From NCBI GenBank assembly GCA_000004985.1, contig GG738868.1: DNA of 64,000 nucleotides. One strand, given 5' to 3'. Under the pieces are notes generated by a model. It worked only from the letters and a program-made list of their open reading frames with translations. It was not told the DNA's origin and searched no databases. Both the position numbers and the translations under genes were made by a program. The stretch is from Naegleria gruberi. Taxonomy: Eukaryota. Shown piece after piece: positions 31,700 through 43,361 of the stretch (position 1 is its first letter; every line of letters begins with the position of its first letter).

Positions 31700-33041
31700 T
31701 TAATAATCCTCGTCCGTCCTATTGTTCTCTACTCTTTGTGCACATCTTAGTTTGGCACTTCTACTCCTCACATTGAATTCAACTTCTGCATCATCAGGTA
31801 TGATTGTTCCTTTTGTAATCTTTTTAAAGGAATCTTGGTTCTCTTTCATGAAATCTTTTGTAATACGATCTTCTAATGAATGATAGCTCACCACAACCAA
31901 TCTTCCTGTTCCAATCTTTAAAATATCTTTGGATGCATAGAGAGCATTCTGTAAAGCACTCAACTCATCATTCACAAAAATTCTAATAGCTTGGAATGTC
32001 TTTGTGGCAGGGTGAATTCTCTTCTTTTTTCTTTCATGGAATGGTGTTATTTTTTCAATTAAATTTGCCAATTCAAGGGTGGTCTCAAAAGGTTTTACAT
32101 TATTTCTATAATCTACGATAGCTTTAGCAATACGATATGCCTTGTCATCCTCTCCAAATTTTGTAATCATTATTCTCAAATCGAGTTCACTCATATTATT
32201 CACTACATCTCTAGCTGTTGGACATTCATCATCCAATGGGTTCATTCTCATATCTTGAATTAAGGTTTTAGTTAGAATCAACATATCAAAACATACCAAG
32301 TGGACCTTCTCTAAGGAAGGAGAAACCTCGATGCCCTTGATCCAATTGCATTGAAGAAACTCCCAAATCAAACACTATTCCATCAATCACATTACTTGTA
32401 TCTGATTTTAATTGTGGCACTATTTTTTCCTGAACCACTTTCTTAATTTCTCTAAAATTGACACAATGCACTTCCAATCTCTCCTTTCCAAATTCTTCAT
32501 GTATCAACTTTTCATTCTCCTTAATGGTAGGATTATTGTAATAATCAGTATCAATTCCAATAACTTTACATCCTGGATAAGCTCTCAAAATCTCTCTCGT
32601 GTATCCACCAGCTCCAAAAGTTGCATCAATGAATAGCTTTTTCCCTCCACTGCTACTACTACTTGCACTACGGTTAGTGATCATCTTTTTAGAATGCTTT
32701 GATTTATCCAAATTCTTTCCCTCCAGAAGAGCACAACACTGCCTAACCAATACAGGCACATGGCTCTTATAATTAGAATCATCACTTTTATAATTTTCCA
32801 AAATATTATTATTATTATTTGTATCATTATTAGTATTTCCATTAAATTCCAATGAGTCTTCGGAAGAATTTACTGATTTTATCTTCTTGTTCATTAACTT
32901 CTTAGAATAGGAACAATAATTTACAGCAGGAGACTTTCGGATCATCATTAAAGAAAATGATGCCACCACCGAACAATAATAATTTAAAACTCCCTTCCTA
33001 GCACCCTCGCCACCAATCATCATCATCGTTGATGAAAACAT
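31700..33041 (-). CDS. 16S/12S rRNA (cytosine-N4)-methyltransferase RsmH/MraW family (METTL15-like, probably mitochondrial), 2 exons
   Basis: Exons 33041-32297 and 32253-31700. The 43-nt intron is GTATGT...TCTAACT...CAAG. The junction reproduces the conserved GFSFLREGPL-DMRMNP. Other RsmH motifs: IDATFGAGGYT, FDLGVSSMQLD, HPATKTFQAIRIFVNDEL, VVSYHSLEDRITK. N-terminus resembles a presequence. Confidence 0.8.
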
Positions 33042-33417
33042 TTTTTTAATTTGTATTATTTTCTCAAATTACTACTTATTAATTACTTGAATAATTCCAC
33101 AAATTCATTCTTTCCATTGTTCTCTTGTTTGTCTACCACAGCCATTGACAATTCTTAATAGGATATTTGAAGAAGTACTTCTTAGACAAAGAAAGACCTT
33201 TTGTTTATATGAAAGCAAAAACATCCAACCAGCTCCGTGAAGTTGTTGGCCTTCAACAATCTCATTTGGTACCCATCCAAATGTAAAATGGTTTCTGTTT
33301 CTACTTTGACACAACCACCTTCATGTGCTCAAAAGACCTTTCAACTGTCAGCAAAGAAGAAAAAAATTAACGACACATCTTATTACCTCGGACAACAACA
33401 ATAGCACATCAATAAGA

Positions 33418-35284
33418 ATGCCAACATTTGTTCGTCGTCTGGTCAGTAAAAACAAGAAGAGACTCCAGGAGGATAATTTTGATCTCGATCTTAGTGAGTA
33501 TTATTATTCATATATTCGAATAATGGATTATTTTAACTGTTTTTGTTGTTATTGATGAATAATATTAATATTCAGCCTATATTACCGATAATGTTATTGC
33601 TATGGTATGTGATCAATTGGTTCTTTTTCTAATTTTCATTTCTTTTCGATTGTTCTAAACCTTTCGAATGTGTTGTCAATCAATCGTTAATATTTTTGAA
33701 CTTTGAATTATAATCATCTCTTTACTGCTTGCTAATAACAATTATTCATCATGATGTTTGATTTTACTTTCTCAACATTATTCTCATCACAAAATAATAC
33801 ATCATATTCGAAACCTTTCAAATAGGGTTTTCCAAGTGAAGGAGTAGAATCAATCTATAGAAATCCACGTGATGAAGTTGTTGATTTTCTCTCTACAAAA
33901 CACGGAAACAAATATAAGGTTTATAATTTGTGTTCCGAAAGAGATTACAATGATGAAATATTCGAAGGGAGAGTGGGTATGTATAATATTGTGAAATTCA
34001 ATGTTTTTTGATCTTTTTTAGCTCGTTTCCCATTTGATGATCACCAATCTCCATTATTTGATTCGGTTTTGGAATTTTGTGTCGATGTTCATGAATTTTT
34101 GAAGGATGGAAAGAATAATGCTGCTGTTGTTCACTGTAAGGCAGGAAAGGGAAGGTATGTAACTGTTTCTATTATATCTTGGAGAGTTCTAAATAACTTG
34201 TGTGTTCGTGATTACTATGTGGACTTGGTATCTGATACATATTTGTGGTGTGGTGGAATATTAATCTGAATTTTTTGATATCATGAACAATAGAACTGGA
34301 GTAATGATTTGTTGTTATTTATTATTCAGTCAAACTTGTAAGACAGCTCTTGATTCTTTGCATTTCTATGGTGATAAGAGAACTAAGGATGCAAAAGGTG
34401 TGACTATTCCATCTCAGAGAAGATATTGCTACTATTTTGAACAATATTTGAGAAATCAATTTGCATTGAGAGGATCTGTTAAATTACATCGTGTTACATT
34501 GAGAGAATACACAAAATCCAAGTATTACATTACAATTAAGAATTTAAAGAGAGAGGAAGTTTTCAGTTCAAAACAAGATCAAAATGTAACTTCAAGTGAT
34601 GATAGAGTTGTTATTGATCTTAAGGAACCAATTGAATTAACTGGTGATTTCAAGGTTGTTTGTGTAAAGAATGGAGTGAATGTATTGAAATCTAATAATT
34701 TGTTACACTGTTGGTTGAATACAAGATTTATTACAAACTTGGTCAAGAATACAAGTCCTGGAAATGGTATGGGTGTAAATGCTTATCATAATTCCCTCGA
34801 TGAAAAGATTCCACTCGTGAAAGCTATCAGTTTGGGATTACATGCCAAGGCAGAAGAAAAAATTGCACCAGAAAATGATGAACGACTTAAGAATGGTAAA
34901 TTTGTAACAGTTTCATTGACAAAGGATGAATTGGATGGACCACATTCTGACAAAAACCACAAAACATTCTCTGAAGATTTCCAAGTTGACTTGACTTTTG
35001 AAATTTGTAACACTGATAAGGTTGAAGATGATTCCTACTTGCTAGGATTAATACCAAAAGAGTTCTTAACAGACCAATCAAAGAGACTTTCAGTTGGTGC
35101 CTCAACAAGAAGACAATCAGCAGTAACCAGAGGTTTAATCATTGACAGTCATGATGATGATTCTGTCGATATTATTGATGAAACTGCAACTACACCTCCA
35201 AGCACTTCATCCTCAGTGGTTGTGTCTAATGAGCAACAAACTCAAAATGAATCACAACAGCAACAGGGCACACTTTTCCAATAA
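33418..35284 (+). CDS. PTEN: PTEN phosphatase (phosphatase plus C2), 5 exons
   Basis: Exons 33418-33493, 33576-33604, 33826-33976, 34022-34154, 34294-35284. Donors GTGAGT/GTATGT, all phases consistent. Collinear with PTEN: [59 protein letters not shown], catalytic HCKAGKGR-TGVMICCYLL across the last intron, YGDKRTKDAKGVTIPSQRRY. C2-like tail. Confidence 0.85.
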
Positions 35285-35370
35285 TCATCTTCCTCCTCTT
35301 CTGTTTATCAAACAACACACTTATTTTTTGTAAAGTACTTGAAATTTTGTTTGCCAATGTCTGGTAGAAC

Positions 35371-35386
35371 AAAATGGCGCCATTTT
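35371..35386. promoter_or_regulatory. Perfect 16-bp palindrome AAAATGGCGCCATTTT (TGGCGCCA core) with CCAAT box 15 bp upstream
   Basis: 81 bp upstream of the PIAS/Siz ATG (35467). Third copy of the TGGCGCCA-core element in this window. Confidence 0.35.
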
Positions 35387-35466
35387 GACCAACAATTTAA
35401 AATATTTTCGTTTTAAAAAAATAAAAAAAAAACGAACGGCTTTGCTCGTCTCATCCACACAACAAA

Positions 35467-37283
35467 ATGCCCAAAGAACCATCACATAGTCTAGTAGTAT
35501 CGGATGCCAAGTTAAACGAGCTATTAAACGATACGGTGTTTGTGGGTTCTGATCGTGAAGCTCAAAAGAATAGAATCAAGAATGGAGGTAGGTTCTTTCT
35601 ATTAGTATTTTCGGAAAATATAATCAACTTGTTTTAAAAGATTTTAATTACTTTAAAGTGGACCAACTTAAAGCAATGATCAAGTTTTTGAGAACAGAAT
35701 GTAATCGTTACGATTTATCACTTCAAGGAAAAAAAGCCAACCTTGTAGATAAACTAAAGGATGCCTTCTTCAATTCTTCACCTTCGGGGGGTAGTGGTAG
35801 CAGTGGCTCTGGATCATCATCTGGATCTTCTAAACAAACAGCCAAAAGGACGTCATTCACCACAATATCCAATGCTATCAAATTACAATCAGCCACTGAT
35901 GAAGAACAGAGACTTTTAAGAGAATTTAATTTGGACAAAACATTGAAAGGAAGAATAGATCCGCACCAACAGGTAGAGCAATACTTGTATGTCAAAGTTT
36001 TCCATCAGGGGTTAGCATCATTCTCATTTGATTTGGATTTATCTGAAGAGGAATTTCAAAAGTTGACGTCACAAAATTATCAAATTAATATCCACTATTT
36101 TACTCACGATATGGTACCTAGAAACTGGAATAATGAACACCCAATTTTCTTTAATGGACACAAGTTGGATAACCCTGCCTTGAACAGAAAAATAGCTAAA
36201 GGAATGAAAAAGGAAGTACTGATTGTGTCTACTCCTTTTGTTATTAAAGGAGAGTACGCAAAAGTAGGTGTAAATCGAGTAGACATCAAGGCTGGCCCTT
36301 ATAGTACTATGGATGGAAGACTAGTTGTAAATTTTTTGAAAATGCAAAAGAGTGAGGAGTTGGTTCAATCAATAGTATCTAAATCAACTGTAAAACATAA
36401 CCTAGATTTGGACAATGAAAAAGTCTTGGATATTCTATTGGAAAACAAGATAAAGTATGTACCAGTAACATCAACAAATGAGTCAATAATAACCTTTGAT
36501 GACACCAGTTCAAAGACAATAACACCAATAACAGAGCAAGAGAAAAAGAGTATTGAGACACTGTTAAAAATTGTGGGAACAGAGACACCAATAAGCAAGC
36601 ACGACGATATGATTGATGAATTGGAAGGATGTGATGAAATAGTACCACTCAAAGACCCTCTTTCACTTTGCAGAATAGAGCTTCCAGCAAAAGGAAAATT
36701 TTGTGTGCACAAATCTTGTTTTGATTTGGTTGGATATTTGGATTTTGGAGCGAGTTCGAAAACTTATAATTGCCCAAGATGTGATAAGCCTCTTCCTTTC
36801 GATCAGCTTATTATTGATCCTTTAATGCAAAAAATATTGTCGAGTGTCAGTCAAGATGTGGACAAAGTTCTTGTGAGGCATGATGGTAGTTTTACAGTTT
36901 GTGACGATGCTCCAAAGAAGAAAATTGCAACACCAGCTAAACCACCAATAATAGCTGACATTATTGATGATGATGATGAAGATGATGTCATTCCTCATAG
37001 CGCTTCTCCACCATTCATGATTAGTACTCCTCCACCTCCAAATTCTATATTGGCAACAAATACAGCCTCAACTCCTCAAACTCTTTATCCACCTGTTTCT
37101 CTTGCTGATCTTTCCAGGTTTTTCTCTCCTTCCCTTACCCCTACAAGCAACTCACGTCCAAGTTTAACACCAAGTACACCAACACTCCAAAAAGGTACTC
37201 CTACTACTACTAGCAACCCATCTTCAAACACGAATGTCAATAGTTATGGTCTATCTGTTGATGATGCTATAGAGATTGATTAG
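35467..37283 (+). CDS. SUMO E3 ligase of the Siz/PIAS family (SAP, PINIT-like, SP-RING/MIZ), 2 exons
   Basis: Exon 1 35467-35587 (MPKEPSHSL...), a 71-nt intron GTAGGT...AAAG, exon 2 35659-37283. SAP motif LKAMIKFLRTECNRYDLSLQGKKANLVDKLKDAF. SP-RING CRIELPAKGKFCVHKSCFDL..YNCPRCDKPLPFDQLIIDPLM. Ser/Pro/Thr-rich C-terminus. Confidence 0.75.
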
Positions 37284-37972
37284 AGGAATTTTATCATTAT
37301 TGAACTGTTTAAATATTGGTAGTGATAATAGTAATTCCAAAATATGATTCCCTTAAACGAAGGATTGGATCCTTATTAATGGTACCATTACTAGTCGATT
37401 AAAAAAACTTCACAGGTTTGAATAATAATATGGATTATCCATCTTATTTCCTTATTCAATAACGTAATCCACTTGTCAAAATAGTTGTACAGCTTTCATA
37501 AAGTTTTTTGCCCGCTAAATGTGCTCACCCAATGAAAAGCTTTGATGAACAGTCATGGACAACCAATTCTTTCCAACGATTAATAATCCCTCAATCTTTC
37601 AATTTGATCGAACCAATATTCAACTAATAATAACATTGTACACGTAAGCAATATTATCAGAAAGTGAGCGTATTAATCATAATTGTCCTCATCCTCTTAC
37701 AGGGTCAAAAGTCAATAATCAACAACCAACACATTCCACTACCATTAAATGTAAAACAAAGTTATTATGAAATTAAACTATCAATGAATTACCAAACCAC
37801 CAAATTCTGTTGAGATTTTGCTCCACGCTCTCCTTTGTTGGGTGCCTCCCAGGTTTGCAAGATCAATTTCATCACCCAAACAAATAACACCAACGAAAAA
37901 AATACAACACGATTATTGTGTAAATTTTTGATTACCACCCATTCTATCATCACACACAAACCGAAAAATTCA

Positions 37973-39148
37973 ATGTCCTCTCCAGCCGAATACACTCCAA
38001 CTGAATCTGAAAAGAAGTTCTTGGAGGATCAAACCGATGTTGAAACATACAAAACACAAGAAGGAACTTATAGCGATGATCCAGAGGATGAATACTTGAA
38101 AGTTAAGGACAGGGATGATTCCTACAATTTGATTTATGAATTTTTAAAACAATTAACTCCTCAAACTGAGTTGTGGAGAATTTCCGTTCCAACCTACATT
38201 TTGCAACCACTCTCTCTTCTTGAGAAAATTTCTCACTACTCTTCTCCTAATAATACTATTGAAAAGATTAATGAAGAAGAATCAGCTGAAAAGAGATTTA
38301 TTTCTATTTTGGCTTGGGTTATCAGTAATTGGAGAACCATCCCAAGAGCCGGTATGCAACAAAGTAAGCCATTCAATCCAGTTTTGGGTGAAATTTTCAA
38401 GTGTGAATGGAATCACGGTGCTGCAGATGATAATACCAAGTTCTTGGGAGAACAAGTTTCTCACCATCCACCTGTTTCTGCATTCTGTTGTCACAATGAA
38501 AAGCGTCAATTCACATATACTGGTTATGTTTTCCCAGTTACTTCATTCTCATGGAACTCTGTAACAACCTTGATGGACGGTGAATTCAAGATTGATCTTG
38601 GTAAATTCAATGAAGAATATATTGTTAACCATCCTCCAGTCAGTGTTAGTAACGTTTTGTGGGGAAATACTGTTATTGAAATTTATGATTATCTCAAAAT
38701 TAAATGTCCACAAAGCGGATTCTATGCTGATATCTACTTTGATTACGGAAAGGATAACTACTTGAGTGGATACATTTATGATGCTGAAGGATACAAGAAG
38801 CATTGGATTGAAGGAAAGGTTAATCAATCTGTTCAAATTCAAAATTACTCAACAAGTGAAAAGTCAACCTTGTATGATGTTGCTACATTGACTCGTCCAA
38901 CTAAGATTATTAAGCCTGTTGCTGAACAAGAACCAAGAGAATCAAGAAGAAATTGGCACAAGGCAGTTCATGCTTTGAAGAATGAAAAATTCGAAGATGC
39001 TCAACTTGAAAAGCACATTGTTGAAGAAAGAGAAAGAGCTTTCAGAAAGGAAAGAGCTGAAGCTGGTTTAACTTGGACACCAAAATATTTCAAATTGGAA
39101 GGTGAAAAGAAATGGGTTATCAAGGATAAGAATGTATTGACACAATAA
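37973..39148 (+). CDS. Oxysterol-binding protein-related protein (short ORP, ORD domain only)
   Basis: OSBP fingerprint EQVSHHPPVSAF. Collinear ORD domain. First ATG at 37973; the track start 37835 is non-ATG. Confidence 0.85.
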   Translation: MSSPAEYTPTESEKKFLEDQTDVETYKTQEGTYSDDPEDEYLKVKDRDDSYNLIYEFLKQLTPQTELWRISVPTYILQPLSLLEKISHYSSPNNTIEKINEEESAEKRFISILAWVISNWRTIPRAGMQQSKPFNPVLGEIFKCEWNHGAADDNTKFLGEQVSHHPPVSAFCCHNEKRQFTYTGYVFPVTSFSWNSVTTLMDGEFKIDLGKFNEEYIVNHPPVSVSNVLWGNTVIEIYDYLKIKCPQSGFYADIYFDYGKDNYLSGYIYDAEGYKKHWIEGKVNQSVQIQNYSTSEKSTLYDVATLTRPTKIIKPVAEQEPRESRRNWHKAVHALKNEKFEDAQLEKHIVEERERAFRKERAEAGLTWTPKYFKLEGEKKWVIKDKNVLTQ

Positions 39149-39244
39149 TTTTATCAATGCAAATTGTACAAATAATTTGTATCACATTTTCAAAATGTAA
39201 AATAGTAATTATAATTTACAGAAATAAATATAATTCGTTGTGAA

Positions 39245-39883
39245 TTATTTAATAGAAGCAAGTTGATCTCTAATCTTTGATAGACCTTTAAGCATTGTAG
39301 ATAAAGTTTCCTTATCCATTTCAAAATTAACTTGTTCAGTCTTTGGCATGACACCAACAACTTTGGATGGATTTTGTACATTCAATTGGATAACAACACT
39401 TGGAGCAGACATTTTTTGGATTACATTTGATGCAGTGCTCAGATCTACTCTCCATTTCATATCTACTAATTTTGGTAAACCAATTTGTGTATTAATTGCT
39501 TGTTCCTTCCAAACATCATAAAATTTGAGAATTGTTCCTGCAACTAATTTCTTTAAATTATCGTGTGATGTGAATGAAGTATCATTATCTGTAAATAATT
39601 CTGATGTCAAAATTGCTTCAGGAGTATTTAATTGATGATATACACAATATTGAATAACATGAAGAACTGTGGATAATAATTCCTCAATCACATCATGATA
39701 ATTAACTTGTTGATTTTGCTGTAATTGTTCCGCAACCGATTCCACAAAATCAGAATTAAATCCGTCAAATCTAGTTTGATAAACTCTAACAAAAACCTGT
39801 TCCACAAAAACCTTTGATGGAGCTTGCAATAATAATAACAATGGTGTGAGTTTGATGGTTCTTGTATTGTTGAAATGTCTCAT
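39245..39883 (-). CDS. COMM-domain-containing protein (COMMD family)
   Basis: 212 aa. C-terminal COMM domain LVDMKWRVDLSTASNVIQKMSAPSVVIQLNV...VNFEMDKETLSTMLKGLSKIRDQL. Confidence 0.6.
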   Translation of the reverse strand: MRHFNNTRTIKLTPLLLLLQAPSKVFVEQVFVRVYQTRFDGFNSDFVESVAEQLQQNQQVNYHDVIEELLSTVLHVIQYCVYHQLNTPEAILTSELFTDNDTSFTSHDNLKKLVAGTILKFYDVWKEQAINTQIGLPKLVDMKWRVDLSTASNVIQKMSAPSVVIQLNVQNPSKVVGVMPKTEQVNFEMDKETLSTMLKGLSKIRDQLASIK

Positions 39884-40107
39884 TTTTTTAATAAAGATTT
39901 TTTCGGATCAAGAAATATTTATTTATTAATTAATTTCTAGTAGAAATTGAGTTAATCTTTTTAATATTGGCCAATTGAATTAGTCAAATATTTTCAAACA
40001 TTTATTACAAACATAATTGAGAATTATCAATTTGATAATAAATTAATATTTGATAATCAATTATGTAAAAGTATTCTTAATAAATTAATTTATTTTCTAA
40101 TCACAAT

Positions 40108-40960
40108 TTACATTTCTCTTTTGATAACATCTTCTTCAAAATCTATCAAAAATACAGTATAATCCTTGTTTTCAGTCATGGCAACTCTTACTTCAGCTCT
40201 CTAATTGATCCACACCACAATTGATAAGAATTGAAATATTGAAATGAGTACTTACAAAATCAGCTGCATTCAAAGCCCCTTTAATGATACCTGCACTGAA
40301 ATAGGCACATTGCACATTCATATCTCTTGGTGGAGAAATGAATTTAGTTTCTAATGGTTCCTTCTCATAGATCATGTCTGTAATTATTAAATAATATTAA
40401 ACTATTAAAATAATCCAAAATATTCAACACCTACATCTTGTAATAATCTTATTTTCTCCTGGAATAGCAGCAGCTTTTTCAATTGTTGTAACAATTCTTC
40501 CAAAAAGACATTTCCACATTGTATTTCCAATAAATCCCAACATGTTTGGTACTTTAATTTCTCTCTTTGAATTTTTATCTCTCAAAACACATAATTCAAG
40601 TAATCTTTGTCCGATCGGCATTCCTAATTGTAATAATCTTCATCAATACACAAAATCATTAAATTTTTAAATTCCAATCATCCCCTCACTATCAACCTAC
40701 TTTTCATGCAATTCATTTACATCATTTACTCTTGATTGGCAATATTGTACAACTTCCGCAAACAGGAAAGAAAAGGCAGGCTCGCTCACCTCCTTTTTCT
40801 GTCTAATTAAATTTTGATCAAGAATATTTGGAGCATAATCTTTCTGTGGATAGGTTGGTGAATTTACAGTTGGTGAATTAACGATCGGGCTATTGGCAGG
40901 AAATGATTGTGTTGCCGTCCCGAAATTTGTTGTTGGTGTTTGACTATTCGATGGTAACAT
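40108..40960 (-). CDS. TRAPPC5: TRAPP complex subunit TRAPPC5/Trs31, 4 exons
   Basis: Exons 40960-40701, 40637-40435, 40377-40256, 40200-40108. Introns of 63, 57 and 55 nt (GTAGGT, GTAGGT, GTAAGT donors; AG acceptors). All phases consistent. Conserved FSFLFAEVVQYCQSRVNDVNELHEK-LLQLGMPIGQRLLEL...FIGNTMWKCLFG. Confidence 0.65.
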
Positions 40961-41392
40961 TTTTTTTTAAAATTAAAAAAAAATTTGAAAAATTAGAAAT
41001 TTTGAAATATAATATAATAAATAATTATTGTAGAGACATCTATTTTGAGAATGGAATTTGATTCAGTGCAAGATAATGCATCTATGGAGCTGCATTCTTA
41101 TTAACAGAGATACAAATTGGACAATATTCAAAGAGAAATGGCTTTTCGAAAAGAATGCTACTAAGGACTGGCAACTCTTTCCTTATGAAATCTTTTTTTC
41201 TCATTCTCAACCACCTAATATCAACCCAAACCATCAAACGTTACGAATCATCCATTCAAAAAAACAAATTTATCCACACACACAAATTCAAATCAAAAAA
41301 AACCGCTACATTTTTACGCTTTCTTTTGATGCATTTTTGTGTTCGACTTGTTGCTCCGTAAATCAACCAACACACACACACATATACACAGG

Positions 41393-42606
41393 ATGAAGAT
41401 TACCATCACCCGATATTCAATCTCAAAGAAGGAGAATGAGAATGATAAGCAATATGTGGTAGGTTTTTATATTTTTCCAATGGAATCCGATGATGATGAC
41501 GATTTGTTGTGGTATTTGTTGATTTTTTAGTTGTATCATATTACTGTAAATTATGATGGAGTTATTTGGGAAATTGCGAGAAGGTATTCCGAATTTGAAA
41601 AGTTATATATTGCCTTGTCGAAAGTGATTAATACTAAAAAGTTTGGCAAATTTCCAAAGAAGGTGAGTTGCAGAGGAGTTTAATTGGAATTTCTGATAAT
41701 TGTCATGTTTAGTATTTGACTGGAAATATGAAACAGGATAAGATTTTGGAACGTCAGAATGATTTGCAAAATTATTTGGATAATTTATTGAGTGAACCTC
41801 TTGTTCCTAATTTGCAGGAAGTTTTGGAATTCTTTGAGGTCAATAAGCATTGGGAAGAAATTAAGAATTTTGCAGCTCTTGCCTCTACTTCTAGTAGTTC
41901 AAATATTGCCCCACCTGTGGTTTATAACATTGATAATAATAATAATTTGAAAATCACAATTGACCATAATTTAGAACATTTAGTTTATAATGTTATTGAT
42001 TCACCAACTGTTGCTTATCAAGAAACCGATTTTGATGAAGCTCCTCCAGTTGTTGTTGGTCAACCATCGAGACAGAGTGTTGAATCGAGACCATCTACTG
42101 AAAAATCAGAATCATCCCTTCAGGAATTTAACACACAATCTCTATTTGTAGCCATTCGTGATCACAATCCAAAAGATGAAACTGAATTGTCTTTCAAAGC
42201 GGGAGATGTCATTGAAGTGATTCAGAGAGGATCTTGTTCTTGTTCGGAACAAGATTGTTACTGGTATGGAAGAAATACAAGTGAAACAGGTTCACAACAA
42301 GGGTTCTTTGATGCCAGATGTTTGGATTTGGGCACTTTTAAACCAAAAGCATTCTCTGTTTTAATGACTGATGCTTACAATTCTGATGAGTCGATACAAA
42401 TTGATGGAACAATCAAGGTTATTGAAATTGACTATGAAGCTGAACGTGAGGATGAAATTAGTGTAAGAAGAGGACAAACTGTTAAAATCCTTCCAACTTC
42501 AAGACAAACTAGAAAGGGATGGAAATTAGTTGAGATTCTCTCTGAATCATGTCAAAGAGTTTCTGAAACTGGCTTCATTCCAACAGAATATTTAATGATT
42601 CTTTAA
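41393..42606 (+). CDS. PX-domain protein with two C-terminal SH3 domains (p47phox/NOX-organizer-like), 3 exons
   Basis: Exons 41393-41458, 41531-41662, 41713-42606 (GTAGGT and GTGAGT donors). PX core YHITVNYDGVIWEIARRYSEFEKLYIALSK..KFPKK-YLTG. SH3-1 LFVAIRDHNPKDETELSFKAGDVIEV. SH3-2 IKVIEIDYEAEREDEISVRRGQTVKIL. Confidence 0.75.
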
Positions 42607-43361
42607 TTTATTTCGAGTTAAAAAGACAACAATTTTGAAAATGTAGTTATAAAAATCCTTAACAATTTAATTTAATATTAAAAGTGAGACAAGTAATCTG
42701 AACTACTCAAATATATTGTCTTGTAAGTCAACTTAGAACTTTAACATCAAAATTACAGAAATTAATAATTGTCAACAATATACTGTTAAGGTATAGGTAT
42801 TAATTGCTAATATTTTTTAATGGCAATTTGTTATTCTACACTACAGTAAACTATTATTGTCAACTGTACATGCAAATATGCAAGTATTATATTTGATTAC
42901 ATTCAATCTCAAGATTCTCCATGCAATATTACTGAAAAAGTAACTTCATCAACTATTTTACATACTTACTCTTTTAGAAAAGTTACGCTTGCATCTACCA
43001 TATGTTATCCCTCACTTCCATTTTACTTTTTTATGTTTCATTTTGAAAGTTACCGAAACTTGTTGCATGACCCAACACAATACCGAATGGTAAATCCAAA
43101 TCTCATTCAAACACTCTCCAGTCATTAACACAATCCTCTTCTTACGGGGGTGGTCATTTTCCATTATTCGAAGCTTGACCACAAACAGTGTTTAACTTCA
43201 ATAATTAGTCAATCCACCCGCCCTCAACTACCGTCATTACAACAGCATTGACTTTCCTTAAATAAAAATATTTGACCATGTCAAGACACATCAATATTTT
43301 GTAACTCTTTAAAAACCCACTCAACCGAACACTAAACATTTTCACATCAAGAAAAAAAAAC

